DNA of 52,089 nucleotides from a virus (lineage: Duplodnaviria > Heunggongvirae > Uroviricota > Caudoviricetes): IMG/VR virus record IMGVR_UViG_3300041407_000207, positions 1-52,089 of that record; one strand, given 5' to 3'. The notes under the pieces are model-generated. The model worked only from the letters and a program-made list of their open reading frames with translations. It had not been told where the DNA came from and ran no database searches. The position numbers and the translations under genes were made by a program. This document shows, piece after piece, positions 9,019 to 18,973 of the stretch; within the stretch, counting starts at the first letter, position 1; every line of letters begins with the position of its first letter.

Positions 9019-9508
9019 CTAGACAAATCTTGTCTACGTTCAAACCGTTGATTTATAAGGGTTTTATCAAGTCTTAGACAAAACCTAAAAATGCTGTCTA
9101 AGGTTTGTCTACGGCTAAACCCTTGATCTACGTGGCCTGCAGCCAAGTTTAGACAAAATGACAAGATTTAAAGTTTCACATGCACTCAGAGTGTGGATTT
9201 GTCACCTCAAGAAAATAAATCTGACTCCTGACAAACACCCCCCTTTTGTCTACCAGCACATGAGTATATTTATAAATATATTTATATATATATATGTAGG
9301 TAGGAGTTTCAAATCTTTTATATGGGGTTTACAAGCTTTGAGTGCATGTGAAACTTCAAATCTTGTCATTTTGTCTAGATCGAGGGTAAGTGCTTGATTC
9401 ATAAGGACTTTCGTCTAGACAAGACCTAGACACTCCCAACCCTATTTGTCTAGAAATCTAAAAATCCTTTATAAATCAACAGTTTAAACGTAGACAAATT
9501 TTGTCTAG
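9019..9508. repeat. 490 bp dyad-symmetric iteron array with AT-rich core (candidate replication origin)
   Basis: Inverted repeats 9150-9188/9339-9377 (38/39 match) and 9019-9061/9466-9508 (38/43) share one centre at 9263.5; many TAGACAA/TTGTCTA units; (TA)n tract at about 9265-9295. Confidence 0.8.
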
Positions 9509-9546
9509 CTAAAAACCGGGGGGTTAGCCCGGTTGTTTGGCCGCCC

Positions 9547-10089
9547 TTAAGCAGCGGTTTTGTTTTTAGAAAAGAGTCTGGCGAACAGCCCCGGCTTCTT
9601 CTCTTCTTCGGAATAGCCGTAGCTGTCGAACATATCCAGGAGGTTTTCCAGGTCATGCTCCAACACTCGGCATTTTTCTTTCAAGGACAGGTCTTCAAAA
9701 TTAATATCGACGTTGAGTAGATAATCCTCACACGTAGGATCCGCCATCGTTAACGCCTCGCTGAAATCATCCAGCGCTTTCTGCGAAAGACCTTTTTGTT
9801 TTGCAGCCATATCAGTGTCAACCTCTTCCCCAGGTATCATTTGATTAATGCCAAATGTAAATACCGCTTTGCCGGTATCGCATTCAGGATCCTCTTTCGG
9901 GATCTCTTCTGCCATAAAGACAATTTCAACCGTATCGCGATAATCAAAATCATAGGAACAGAAAAGTCGTTTTTCGCTACTACGACCGTCTACTACCCAG
10001 ATTTCTCCTACGACCCGGCCACTGAGTTTCTTTAGGAGTTCTCCAATCTCCGAAGAGTCAGGGCCTTCGTTTGATTTTTCAGCATTCAC
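9547..10089 (-). CDS. acidic hypothetical protein
   Basis: Start moved to GTG at 10089 behind a GGAGGGAG RBS; the track start at 10134 abuts the promoter motif. Confidence 0.65.
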   Translation of the reverse strand: MNAEKSNEGPDSSEIGELLKKLSGRVVGEIWVVDGRSSEKRLFCSYDFDYRDTVEIVFMAEEIPKEDPECDTGKAVFTFGINQMIPGEEVDTDMAAKQKGLSQKALDDFSEALTMADPTCEDYLLNVDINFEDLSLKEKCRVLEHDLENLLDMFDSYGYSEEEKKPGLFARLFSKNKTAA

Positions 10090-10139
10090 AGCGCTCCCTC
10101 CCCAAATACAACATACGCAAATACTTCTTCCCAATACTC

Positions 10140-10146
10140 TTATACC
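10140..10146 (-). promoter_or_regulatory. class E promoter motif GGTATAAG
   Basis: TTATACC, intergenic, back-to-back with the class L site at 10188. Confidence 0.65.
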
Positions 10147-10187
10147 GTGATATTGCTCTTGCTATTGAATCGGTAATCCTATTCCGT

Positions 10188-10193
10188 TAAAAT
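10188..10193 (+). promoter_or_regulatory. class L promoter hexamer (CGT)TAAAAT
   Basis: Upstream of the portal/RNAP unit. Confidence 0.55.
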
Positions 10194-10222
10194 CGAGATC
10201 AATCAAGGATCCCACATTCCAC

Positions 10223-11962
10223 ATGACCGATTACCTAAGCCCATCCTTTGGGAACACTCAAAACTTTGGACAGACGCCTAGTCCGTGGTTTACTGTTGCC
10301 AATCAATTCCTACCTAGGAATTTGCACGACGTTATCCGTTGGTCGAAATACATCACCACTCAATCTCCGACTACCACGGAAGTAATTCGCAAGCTTTCTT
10401 CGTACCCAATTACTTCTTTTGAGGTGGACTCGAAAGAACAGACCACCGTTGATAAATACAAAGAAGTATTCAAACTCCTAAGTCTTCGTCAAAATCTTCA
10501 AGAGATTGGTTTTGGCTACCATACCCTGGGCAACGTATTCATCTCCATCTACTACCCGATTACTCGAGTGTTGAGATGCAGAAGTTGTAAGACTGATTAT
10601 CCGGTTCGTAAGGCTCATTGGGTTTCGTTTAAGAAATACGAATTTCATGGGACCTGCCCTCATTGCAACCACAATGGGACACTGGAACGTATTGATAGAA
10701 AGTCCTTTGACATCAAGGACATGAACATCATCCAGTGGGATGCTTTGAACATGGTTGTGAATAACAACCCGATCACTGGTCGTTCAGAATACTACTACGC
10801 TATTCCTAACGAAGTTCGTCGCAAGATCACTATGGGAGACATGCTATTCCTGTCATCTACCCCATGGTCTTTCGTAGAAGCTGTTCGGCTGAATCAAGAT
10901 TACAAGTTCGATGATGATGGCATTTATCACCTAAAAGCCCCATCTCTTACTACACACAGCTTGAACGGTATTGCCGTACCTCCGCTGATTTCATTGTTCG
11001 GGTTGGTGTTTTACCAGCAGACTTTGCGTAAGGCTAACGAGTCTATCGCCACCGAGTTCCTGAGCCCGCTTCGAGTAGTTTATCCAGCACCTAGCGGTTC
11101 TAATGATCCTTCGGTGACCATGAGCCTTAGTAATTTCAAAGGCAGAATGGAGGCAGCTCTACGGAAGCACAAGCGAGACAATGCTCATGTACTGGTAGCT
11201 CCAGGCCCGATTGGTTACGGAACCATCTCAGGCGAAGGTCGAGCTCTTCTAGTCAACCAAGAAATTCAACAAGCAGAAGAAACTATGCTTTTGAGTTTGG
11301 GCGTATCGAAAGAGCTTTTGAGCGGAACTACTAACTGGACTTCCTCAACAGTAGGCCTTCGACTTCTCGAGAACAATATGTCCTCGTACGTAGCTCAGAT
11401 GGATACTTTGCTAGAATGGATGTTCGGAAAGATTGCTCAGTACCTAAGTCTTGAAGACTGTAAGGTAAGTCTGAAAGAGTTCAAGCTGATCGATGACACT
11501 ACCATGCAGCAGATGTTTGCGAACCTCGCAAGTGCTGGCAAGATGTCCATGACTAAGCTCTTCGAAAGCTTCGGTGAAGATTATGCCGAGGAAGAGGAGA
11601 ATATGAAACGTGAAGCAATCAATACAGCAGTACGCCAAGTTGAAGTCGCTATCGAATCGGAAACTGCGAAAACAACTGCAGCCCGTAAAGCTTCCACTAG
11701 GAACTCGGAAACGTCTTCCGAACAAGCTGATTTCGTACGTAGCAGTATTACTCAAGCTATGGAGTATATGTCTATGGACCCTGCTGAGGTTGAGCTACAG
11801 CTTCAACTGATGGATGCAGAAGATCCAGCCATGTCTCTCCAGATTCGTAAAATCTTGGCTGCACTACAAGAAGCCACTGCACAGGCCGTTGCTGCTGCAA
11901 ACGGTGAAACTGCACAACCAGGCCAGGAACAACCGGCAGAACCTAAGGCGACCCAAGCATGA
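10223..11962 (+). CDS. probable portal protein with Zn-ribbon insertion
   Basis: Portal-like layout (GNVFI, IYHLK, GIAVPPL...LRKANESIA, EETMLLSLGVSKELL) and size; CRSC...CPHC insert. Confidence 0.65.
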   Translation: MTDYLSPSFGNTQNFGQTPSPWFTVANQFLPRNLHDVIRWSKYITTQSPTTTEVIRKLSSYPITSFEVDSKEQTTVDKYKEVFKLLSLRQNLQEIGFGYHTLGNVFISIYYPITRVLRCRSCKTDYPVRKAHWVSFKKYEFHGTCPHCNHNGTLERIDRKSFDIKDMNIIQWDALNMVVNNNPITGRSEYYYAIPNEVRRKITMGDMLFLSSTPWSFVEAVRLNQDYKFDDDGIYHLKAPSLTTHSLNGIAVPPLISLFGLVFYQQTLRKANESIATEFLSPLRVVYPAPSGSNDPSVTMSLSNFKGRMEAALRKHKRDNAHVLVAPGPIGYGTISGEGRALLVNQEIQQAEETMLLSLGVSKELLSGTTNWTSSTVGLRLLENNMSSYVAQMDTLLEWMFGKIAQYLSLEDCKVSLKEFKLIDDTTMQQMFANLASAGKMSMTKLFESFGEDYAEEEENMKREAINTAVRQVEVAIESETAKTTAARKASTRNSETSSEQADFVRSSITQAMEYMSMDPAEVELQLQLMDAEDPAMSLQIRKILAALQEATAQAVAAANGETAQPGQEQPAEPKATQA

Positions 11963-12237
11963 ACGAAAAGGGAATGAATAAGCAGAAGGGCCAAGAGGGG
12001 AGTGCCAGCATGCCTGGTATTCTCCCGGCTGCTGCGGAAGACAATAACTACATTGCAGATAACTATACGGTTAAATATTTCCGTGGTGATCTGGATGAGC
12101 CTGGCGATCTTCTTGAGCTCCAGAGAGTTGAGACCGTAGGTCTAAAGGGTGATGAAATCGTTCTGTGTGATCGCCAGACGTATTCATTCGAGGGACGCTT
12201 CTTTGTCGTTCTTCGTTATTTCCAAAAACGAATCTAA
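11959..12237 (+). CDS. hypothetical protein
   Basis: Coupled between portal and RNAP genes. Confidence 0.7.
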   Translation: MNEKGMNKQKGQEGSASMPGILPAAAEDNNYIADNYTVKYFRGDLDEPGDLLELQRVETVGLKGDEIVLCDRQTYSFEGRFFVVLRYFQKRI

Positions 12238-12240
12238 CCA

Positions 12241-15200
12241 ATGCCTAATACTCCGTACCCAATTTTCTCAGATCCAAAGTCTATCAACGAGAAGGCAGAC
12301 AAAGCGCTGGTGAAAGGTCTCACCTCGCATTTCCCAATCGAGAACAAGCATTACTCTTTGCAAATTGACGACGTGCATGTTGACCGTAAAGAATTCGATC
12401 AGAAAGATGAAAAGGAGGCGATTCTCAAATCCAAATCGCTGACCTACCCTATTCGTGGGACTCTTTCTCTGATCCACAAAGCAAGTGGTAATGTTGTGGA
12501 CCGGGAAAAGGATTTCCCACTTATGGACTCGTTCTTCCTTACCGGGAAACATACGATGCTCTATAAGGGTAACAACTACATTGTCGCAAACCAGCTCCAG
12601 TTGAGTCCGGGAGTATTTACTCGGACCAAAGAAAACGGTGAACTAGAAGCCCACTTCAACACTCAGAAAGGTCGTAGCTTCTCGCTGACTCTGGACCCGG
12701 AACATGAGTTGATCTATCTCAACGCAGATAAGTCTACATCTCGAGTGCTGGTAGCCCCGATCTTCACTGCGATCTTCAACATCTCTAGTAAGGAAGTTCT
12801 AAAGTACATCCCTGCAGAGCTGTGGGAAAGAAACGTCCAGGCTGCTCAAGGTCAAGAACAGAAAGCAATCAAGGCTCTCTACGGTCAACTTACTTCGAAA
12901 TATAAACAGGATAAAACCCTGTCTTACGAAGATATGATCGTTGCTTTGAGAGAGGCTTTCAACGGATCTACTCTGTCGGCTAAATCGACTGAGATTACTC
13001 TTGGTAAACCTTTTGAAAACATCACTCATGAAACGCTTCTCCGTGCGATGGCAAATATGGTTGCTGTACGTCGTGGTGACCGAGAAGAAGATAACCGAGA
13101 CTCGCTTCAGTTCAAGCGTGTGCAGAACCTTCCCGACTTCCTGGCTCGTCGTTTCGAAGCAGGTCGTGAACACGAATCCGTATCCAAAGTTAAAAGCAAA
13201 CTGACTTTCAACCTCGAACGCGTAGATCATACCAATCCGAAGATTCGTCAAGTAATTCCGTCTAAGCCTTTCAACAAGGTTTATCAGAACTACATCCTCG
13301 AATCGACTCTGGTGTCTACTCCGGAAGAAACCAATGCTATCGAATCAATTGAGAACGTGGGTAAGGTCACTGTACTCGGAGCTCAGGAAGGCGGTATCGC
13401 AAGCATTCGTGCTGTTCCTAAGTCCGCTCGTAACATTGATGCGTCTCACACAGGTATTCTTGACCCTAGCCGGACGCCTGAGTCTGATCATGCTGGTGTT
13501 GACCTTCGTTTTACTATTTCTGCTCATCGCGATGATTACGGAACTCTTTACTCGACAGTGGTCGATAATGCAGGGAAGAAGCATGTAATGTCCGTTCATG
13601 ACCTTATGACTTCAGTAGTGGGATTCCCTCACCAAGAAGATAAGGCTCGAGTTCAGGCCCAGGATCATGGTGTCCTCTCAGAAGTAGAACGTAGCAAAGT
13701 TCAGTACTGGTTCCAGAGTGGTAACAGCCTCTACACCGTAACCACCAACCTAGTACCGTTCCTGAACAGTAACCATCCAGGTCGTCTGACCATGGCCGGT
13801 AAGGCTATTCCTCAGGCACTGTCTCTGGTAGACCGCGAAGCCCCCTTGGTTCAGACCGTAACTTCTCCTAGCGGTGTTTCGTTTGTAAAATCGATTGCTC
13901 AGGTGTTCAGCACTAAGTCTCCAGTAGACGGTGTAGTTAAGAAAATCACTCCTACCGAAGTCCATATCGAGACCGCAGCTGGCACTACTCATAAGGTCAA
14001 TCTGGTTAAGAACCTTCCGTTCAACATGAAAGGTTTCCTTGATGATGAAGCCCCTCATGTAAAAGTAGGAGAGACTGTCAAGAAAGGACAAATGGTTGCG
14101 GAGAACAACTACACCAAAGACGGCGTTCTAGCCCTAGGCAAGAACCTTGAAGTGGCGTATATCCCCTACAAAGGCTTTAACCACGAAGACGGATTGGTCA
14201 TTTCCGAAGGTGCAGCTGCAGGACTTTCTAGTCACCACGCCTACAAGATTGACTACAACATCATGGATTATTCAGTGCTTCGTAAGTCGCTACTGAAACG
14301 TTATTTCCCAGGCAAGTTCACGGTTGATCAACTTTCTCAGCTAGATGAACTTGGCGTAGCCCAAGTGGGTGCCATTCTAAAACATGGCGACCCGGTATAT
14401 GCTGTACTTGAAAAAAGAGAACCTACCGCTGAAGATCGTATGCTGGGGCGTTTGCACAAAACACTCGTCAATCCTTACCGCGTCAATGCAGATACTTGGG
14501 GTTATGATGACCCTGCTGAGGTAGTAGACCGCCACGTTGATGGCAAAGAGATTCGTGTGATTCTTCGGGCGGTTAAGAAGCTTGAAGTCGGAGATAAGCT
14601 GACAGGTTCCCACGGTAACAAAGGTATCGTCTCGTTGATTCTTCCAGATGAAAAAATGCCTTACAACAAAGAAACTGGCAAGCCATATGATCTCCTGTTG
14701 AACCCGGCCTCTGTAACTAGCCGTGTAAACCTCGGCCAGCTAATGGAAACTGCTGCGGCGAAAATTGCTAAGAAGACTGGTACCCCGTACTTGGTACAAA
14801 ACTTCTCCAAGAAGTCTAACGTACAAAATCTCAGTGACGAGTTGAAGTCCCACGGCCTCAGCGACACCGACGTAGTGTTCGATCCAGACAATGGTAAGAC
14901 TTATCCTAAAGTCCTGGCCGGACCTCAGTACATGATGAAGCTGTACAAGACTACCGACCAAAACTTGTCTGCTCGTAACGTAGGCGGATACGACAACGTA
15001 CTTCAGCCTACCAAAGGTGGACATGAAGGTTCGAAGTCTATTGGTTACATGGAGTTCTTGGGTCTGCTTGGTTCTGACGCACGTCACAACCTTCAAGAAA
15101 TCGGTACTTCGAAATCCGAAGAGAACTCAGAGTACTGGACTAAGTTCTTGAGGGGCCAACCGCTTCCTAAGCCTAACACCACGTTTGCAACCAAGAAGTT

Positions 15201-15600
15201 CATTGACTATCTGCATGGCGCAGGAGTTAAGGTTACTCAGAGCGATACCCATATCACTGCTAGTCCTCTGATGGACCACGACATTCTCGGCATGAGCAAC
15301 GGAGAGATCAAAACTCCAGATATGATTGCTGCGAAGAACTTGGAGCCAGAAGATGGTGGTTTGTTCGACATGAGTGTTACTGGTGGTATTCGTGGACAGA
15401 AATGGGGCCACTACAAACTGGCTGAACCTGTCGTTAACCCTGTTTTTGAAGGTGCTGTAAAACACCTTACTGGTCTCACTTCTTCTGAGTTTGATAAACT
15501 CACTACAGGTGAATACGGACTTAAGAAAGTAGGAGATAAGGAATTCCACATCGTTACTCATGGCGATGACAGTAAAGTAATCAAAAAGGTGACGATGTGA
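12241..15600 (+). CDS. rpoB: phage multisubunit RNA polymerase beta subunit fused to beta' N-terminal segment
   Basis: NQLQLSPGVF, HTGILDPSRTPES, LALGKNLEVAYIPYKGFNHED, GDKLTGSHGNKG, NPASVTSRVNLGQ, GYMEFLGL; the C-terminal SNGEIKTP...GGLFD...WGHYKLAEP matches the start of RpoC. Confidence 0.93.
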   Translation: MPNTPYPIFSDPKSINEKADKALVKGLTSHFPIENKHYSLQIDDVHVDRKEFDQKDEKEAILKSKSLTYPIRGTLSLIHKASGNVVDREKDFPLMDSFFLTGKHTMLYKGNNYIVANQLQLSPGVFTRTKENGELEAHFNTQKGRSFSLTLDPEHELIYLNADKSTSRVLVAPIFTAIFNISSKEVLKYIPAELWERNVQAAQGQEQKAIKALYGQLTSKYKQDKTLSYEDMIVALREAFNGSTLSAKSTEITLGKPFENITHETLLRAMANMVAVRRGDREEDNRDSLQFKRVQNLPDFLARRFEAGREHESVSKVKSKLTFNLERVDHTNPKIRQVIPSKPFNKVYQNYILESTLVSTPEETNAIESIENVGKVTVLGAQEGGIASIRAVPKSARNIDASHTGILDPSRTPESDHAGVDLRFTISAHRDDYGTLYSTVVDNAGKKHVMSVHDLMTSVVGFPHQEDKARVQAQDHGVLSEVERSKVQYWFQSGNSLYTVTTNLVPFLNSNHPGRLTMAGKAIPQALSLVDREAPLVQTVTSPSGVSFVKSIAQVFSTKSPVDGVVKKITPTEVHIETAAGTTHKVNLVKNLPFNMKGFLDDEAPHVKVGETVKKGQMVAENNYTKDGVLALGKNLEVAYIPYKGFNHEDGLVISEGAAAGLSSHHAYKIDYNIMDYSVLRKSLLKRYFPGKFTVDQLSQLDELGVAQVGAILKHGDPVYAVLEKREPTAEDRMLGRLHKTLVNPYRVNADTWGYDDPAEVVDRHVDGKEIRVILRAVKKLEVGDKLTGSHGNKGIVSLILPDEKMPYNKETGKPYDLLLNPASVTSRVNLGQLMETAAAKIAKKTGTPYLVQNFSKKSNVQNLSDELKSHGLSDTDVVFDPDNGKTYPKVLAGPQYMMKLYKTTDQNLSARNVGGYDNVLQPTKGGHEGSKSIGYMEFLGLLGSDARHNLQEIGTSKSEENSEYWTKFLRGQPLPKPNTTFATKKFIDYLHGAGVKVTQSDTHITASPLMDHDILGMSNGEIKTPDMIAAKNLEPEDGGLFDMSVTGGIRGQKWGHYKLAEPVVNPVFEGAVKHLTGLTSSEFDKLTTGEYGLKKVGDKEFHIVTHGDDSKVIKKVTM

Positions 15601-16739
15601 CCGAACCAGTATTGGTAGGGGGAGCGGCTTTCGAAGCGCTCCTCGGAGCCATCGACGTAAATCAGAGTCTCAAGGATCATTCCCAAGAGGCTATCCATGC
15701 TACGTCTGTGGCTAAAAGAGACAAGGCCATTAAGAAGATCAAGTATCTTGCTGGTCTTCAGAAAATGGGTACTACCCCAGATAAAGCCTATGTGATTCGT
15801 AACGTTCCAGTAGTCCCACCGATTACTCGACCCGTTATGATTCAGGGGGGTGGACGTTTAGAATTCAGTGACGTAAACCAACTTTACCGAGATCACATGC
15901 TTGTGAATAACAGCATGAAAGAGTTGAAAGGTGTTTTGCCTGACGAAGCTTTGATCGGTGAACGCCGTGAAATGTATAACGGTTTGAAAGCAGTAGTCGG
16001 AGTAGGTGACCCTATCTCAGGTGCTTCTCGTGGCCGGAATCTCAAAGGTCTTTTGGTTCAGATCGCAGGCTCAGGCTCTCCAAAAGGAGGTCTGTTCCAC
16101 AGCAAGATCCTTAGCAAGAAGCAAGACTTCTCCGGTCGAGGTACTATCTACGCAGAGCCACGTCTAGGCTTCAACGAGATGGCTATCCCGCGAGATACTC
16201 TGTGGTCCATGTACAAGTTCCATATCATTCGTGACATGGCTCGACAAGGTCACTCTTACATCAATGCGGAGAAGGCTTACAACGATAGGAACGATTCTGC
16301 TACCGCGTCTTTTGGCAAGATCATCAAGGAAGTACCGATCCTCGCTAACCGTAACCCTACGCTCATGAAGTCGAACATCTCTGGATTCTTCCCGGTTCCA
16401 GTAGAAGGTAACTCCATCGGGGTAAACCCGTTGCACCTTCCGATGTTCGCAGGGGACTACGACGGTGACGCATTGTCCCTGTTTCTGCCTATGGGCCCGG
16501 CTGCGGTGAAAGAAGCTAGAGAGAAGCTCATGCCATCTAAACAGATTTACGACGCCCGTATGGGCTTTGGGGAGTCTCTGATAGCACCTGGTCACGAAGC
16601 CATTCTCGGTTCCGTTCACCTAACTGAGCCTGACAAAGATAAAAAGCCTCAGCACTTCGAATCTGAAGCACACGTTCTCCAAGCTCTCAAAGACGGTACG
16701 GTCGATGAGAATACTCCGATCACCATCGGTGCTAGGTAA
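15597..16739 (+). CDS. rpoC: RNA polymerase beta' middle piece carrying the catalytic Asp triad
   Basis: VPVVPPITRP, KKQDFSGRGTI, NRNPTL, FAGDYDGD (NADFDGD equivalent) at 16446-16469. Confidence 0.93.
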   Translation: MTEPVLVGGAAFEALLGAIDVNQSLKDHSQEAIHATSVAKRDKAIKKIKYLAGLQKMGTTPDKAYVIRNVPVVPPITRPVMIQGGGRLEFSDVNQLYRDHMLVNNSMKELKGVLPDEALIGERREMYNGLKAVVGVGDPISGASRGRNLKGLLVQIAGSGSPKGGLFHSKILSKKQDFSGRGTIYAEPRLGFNEMAIPRDTLWSMYKFHIIRDMARQGHSYINAEKAYNDRNDSATASFGKIIKEVPILANRNPTLMKSNISGFFPVPVEGNSIGVNPLHLPMFAGDYDGDALSLFLPMGPAAVKEAREKLMPSKQIYDARMGFGESLIAPGHEAILGSVHLTEPDKDKKPQHFESEAHVLQALKDGTVDENTPITIGAR

Positions 16740-16742
16740 ACT

Positions 16743-16774
16743 AAAAAAGCCCCTTTGATTAGGGGCTTTCTTTT
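16743..16774. terminator. bidirectional intrinsic terminator
   Basis: AAAAAAGCCCC-loop-GGGGCTTTCTTTT between convergent genes. Confidence 0.8.
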
Positions 16775-16784
16775 GATGCGTACT

Positions 16785-17345
16785 TTAGTTCAGATCGTTC
16801 CGAACTTTACAAAGTGCATCTTCAACAACTTTCTTTGAGAACTCGTTGATGCTTTCGCGATCTGGAACTTGATCGGGGTGCAACGCCAAACTCATTTTCT
16901 CCATGAAGTTTGGCAGAAGGCCGTCTTCAGAGATCATGCGCATCAAAGCACCTTTGCCGAACTTCAGGTCCATGGCGCCTTCAAGCTCTACTTTGCGTTT
17001 CAGGTTCTGCTGAAGGGCTTCGATCAGTTCTGGACTCAGATTATCAAAGTCGTCAAACTTGCCTTCGCTGAATGCAGCTGTGAAAGCGTTCATGGCGGCA
17101 ATCGTATCCTCCAAATTTGCGGACTCCATCTCTGTGGCAGCAGTCTTCTGGAACCGCTCCATGATGCGATAGCCACGGGCAGAGAGCACGACCAGCTCAT
17201 CCAGGATAGAGGTCAGATTACGATCAGAGCCTTTTTCCATTTCTACCATTGTGCAACCATGCAGATCACGAAGCTCAGGATGCATCTCAGCAATTTCAGA
17301 CAGCATTGTCAGGCAAGCGTTTTGCAGTACTGGAGAAATGTTCAT
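16785..17345 (-). CDS. hypothetical protein (acidic, helical)
   Basis: Own class E motif, AAGGA RBS, terminator. Confidence 0.75.
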   Translation of the reverse strand: MNISPVLQNACLTMLSEIAEMHPELRDLHGCTMVEMEKGSDRNLTSILDELVVLSARGYRIMERFQKTAATEMESANLEDTIAAMNAFTAAFSEGKFDDFDNLSPELIEALQQNLKRKVELEGAMDLKFGKGALMRMISEDGLLPNFMEKMSLALHPDQVPDRESINEFSKKVVEDALCKVRNDLN

Positions 17346-17401
17346 ATCAAAGGTCCTTTTAGGTATTTAGAATGTGAAGATATTGTTCTTCTCTACTATT
17401 C

Positions 17402-17408
17402 TTATACC
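17402..17408 (-). promoter_or_regulatory. class E promoter motif GGTATAAG
   Basis: TTATACC, intergenic. Confidence 0.7.
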
Positions 17409-17468
17409 GGTAACGAACCTACCGAATTGAAACTAAAAAGCCAGGACCGAAGTCGAGGCTTTTAGGTG

Positions 17469-17840
17469 TTACTTGAAAGAATTTATTCGCGGAAGAAGGA
17501 TTGAGTACTTACCCCACAAAGGAGACTCAGACATATCCTTCATGTCTGCATACTTTTTAGCCAAGGCTTGAGTGACCATTGAGCATTTATCCAGTCTAGA
17601 CAGTCGAACTATTTTATCCAGATCAACTATTTCATCAGGAGTGAGAGTACTTAGATCACCCAGAGTTTTCATTAGGAACTCTTGCCAAATAGTCATGGTG
17701 CGGAAAGACTCTTCCGAACTGACGGAATCATTCAAATCTTTCATGAAAAGCCCGACAATTCTATTGAGGGTGTCTTCTTCCTCTAGAAGTCTACGGAAGA
17801 AACCAGCAGCAGCCTCATCAACCTTCACAGAATAAGTCAT
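17469..17840 (-). CDS. hypothetical protein
   Basis: Start reassigned to ATG at 17840 (MTYSVK) behind AAGGA; the track start at 17912 lies upstream of the promoter motif. Confidence 0.7.
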   Translation of the reverse strand: MTYSVKVDEAAAGFFRRLLEEEDTLNRIVGLFMKDLNDSVSSEESFRTMTIWQEFLMKTLGDLSTLTPDEIVDLDKIVRLSRLDKCSMVTQALAKKYADMKDMSESPLWGKYSILLPRINSFK

Positions 17841-17896
17841 TTTGAAATCCTTGTAGTATTTATGAACAATAGATGTATTGTTCTTTTCTACTATTC

Positions 17897-17903
17897 TTAT
17901 ACC
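17897..17903 (-). promoter_or_regulatory. class E promoter motif GGTATAAG
   Basis: TTATACC. Confidence 0.7.
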
Positions 17904-17960
17904 TGGAACCACCTCTCTAAATTTAAAAAGAAAGGCCCTAGAATCAGGACCTTACTATTA

Positions 17961-18341
17961 CTACAGAGGAGCAAGACCTCGGATCAGGACTGGACCCGTA
18001 GGTATCTCCAAAGGCTTCTCTTCCAGAGAACGCATATGCTCGTAGCATTCATGCTTGAGAATAGTCTCGATACTGAAACCCTTCAACTTCCCCAACAACG
18101 CATCATCAAGGATGTCCATTGATTTTTCATCAAGCAACGGAATCCGATCTGCGATAGGCTCCATGCGGAACTTGTTGAATTCTTCGCAGAGACGCATTAC
18201 TTCGTCAGCATTATTTCGAGGTTTTGTAAGAACAACCTGGAAATTACCGACGAACTCACGAAGACGAATTCGGTTGTTCAGCATGAACGTGAAGTATTCA
18301 CTGGCAAGAGTTTCGAGGTATTCAGCAGTATGGTCCGTCAT
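17961..18341 (-). CDS. hypothetical protein
   Basis: 126 aa, follows 18350..18850 by 8 nt. Confidence 0.7.
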   Translation of the reverse strand: MTDHTAEYLETLASEYFTFMLNNRIRLREFVGNFQVVLTKPRNNADEVMRLCEEFNKFRMEPIADRIPLLDEKSMDILDDALLGKLKGFSIETILKHECYEHMRSLEEKPLEIPTGPVLIRGLAPL

Positions 18342-18349
18342 AGCAATGT

Positions 18350-18850
18350 TTATTCCTGAGTTACGAGAGGGACTTCCGGAGTATGTTGCAGTGCTGCCAT
18401 TAGCGCCTGCGTCTCGTCTCGCTCGTTGATGAGAGAAGAGAGTTCATCGAGCAGATCCAGTTTCTTGATGCAGGACATCATCGGATCTGGTCCGAACAGA
18501 GAAATCATTTCAGCTTCCGTACCGGTGCTCATGTGAGACAGATGATCCGAAACAAGTTCTTTGATATCATCTGGAACTTCCGTCTGAACACCTGAAAGAA
18601 TGTCATACAGATACTGAGGCTTGTTGTTCTCATCCTCCCAGTTCACTGCGAGAAAGGCTTCCGCGATCATCGCCGCTGATTTCTCAGAAGACTCGATAAT
18701 CATTGGGAAAAGATTTCGAACAGCACTGACGGGGTCTTCGTCGGACATAGCCACCATGAACGTAGAGTTCAGGGAGTCCATGCTTCCTCGAGTTGTTTTC
18801 AGATTTTCGAGGAGGGTTTTTGCCGCCAGCAACAAATCGGAAGTAAGCAT
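18350..18850 (-). CDS. hypothetical protein (acidic)
   Basis: 166 aa ORF downstream of the class E motif at 18914. Confidence 0.7.
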   Translation of the reverse strand: MLTSDLLLAAKTLLENLKTTRGSMDSLNSTFMVAMSDEDPVSAVRNLFPMIIESSEKSAAMIAEAFLAVNWEDENNKPQYLYDILSGVQTEVPDDIKELVSDHLSHMSTGTEAEMISLFGPDPMMSCIKKLDLLDELSSLINERDETQALMAALQHTPEVPLVTQE

Positions 18851-18913
18851 AGGGTCTAGACCTTTAAGTATTTTTGGTTTTAAACAAGGGGTGCGATTCC
18901 CCTTACATAGTAC

Positions 18914-18920
18914 TTATACC
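18914..18920 (-). promoter_or_regulatory. class E promoter motif GGTATAAG
   Basis: TTATACC, intergenic. Confidence 0.7.
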
Positions 18921-18973
18921 GTTCTGACCTTTGCGAATGTAAAAAAGGCCCCAGAAGAATAGGGGCCTATTTG

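Noticed and set aside
9019-9508. CRISPR array or transposon (MITE) ends
   Set aside because: Units are short, in both orientations and irregularly spaced with no unique equal-length spacers; no cas or transposase gene and no target-site duplication seen
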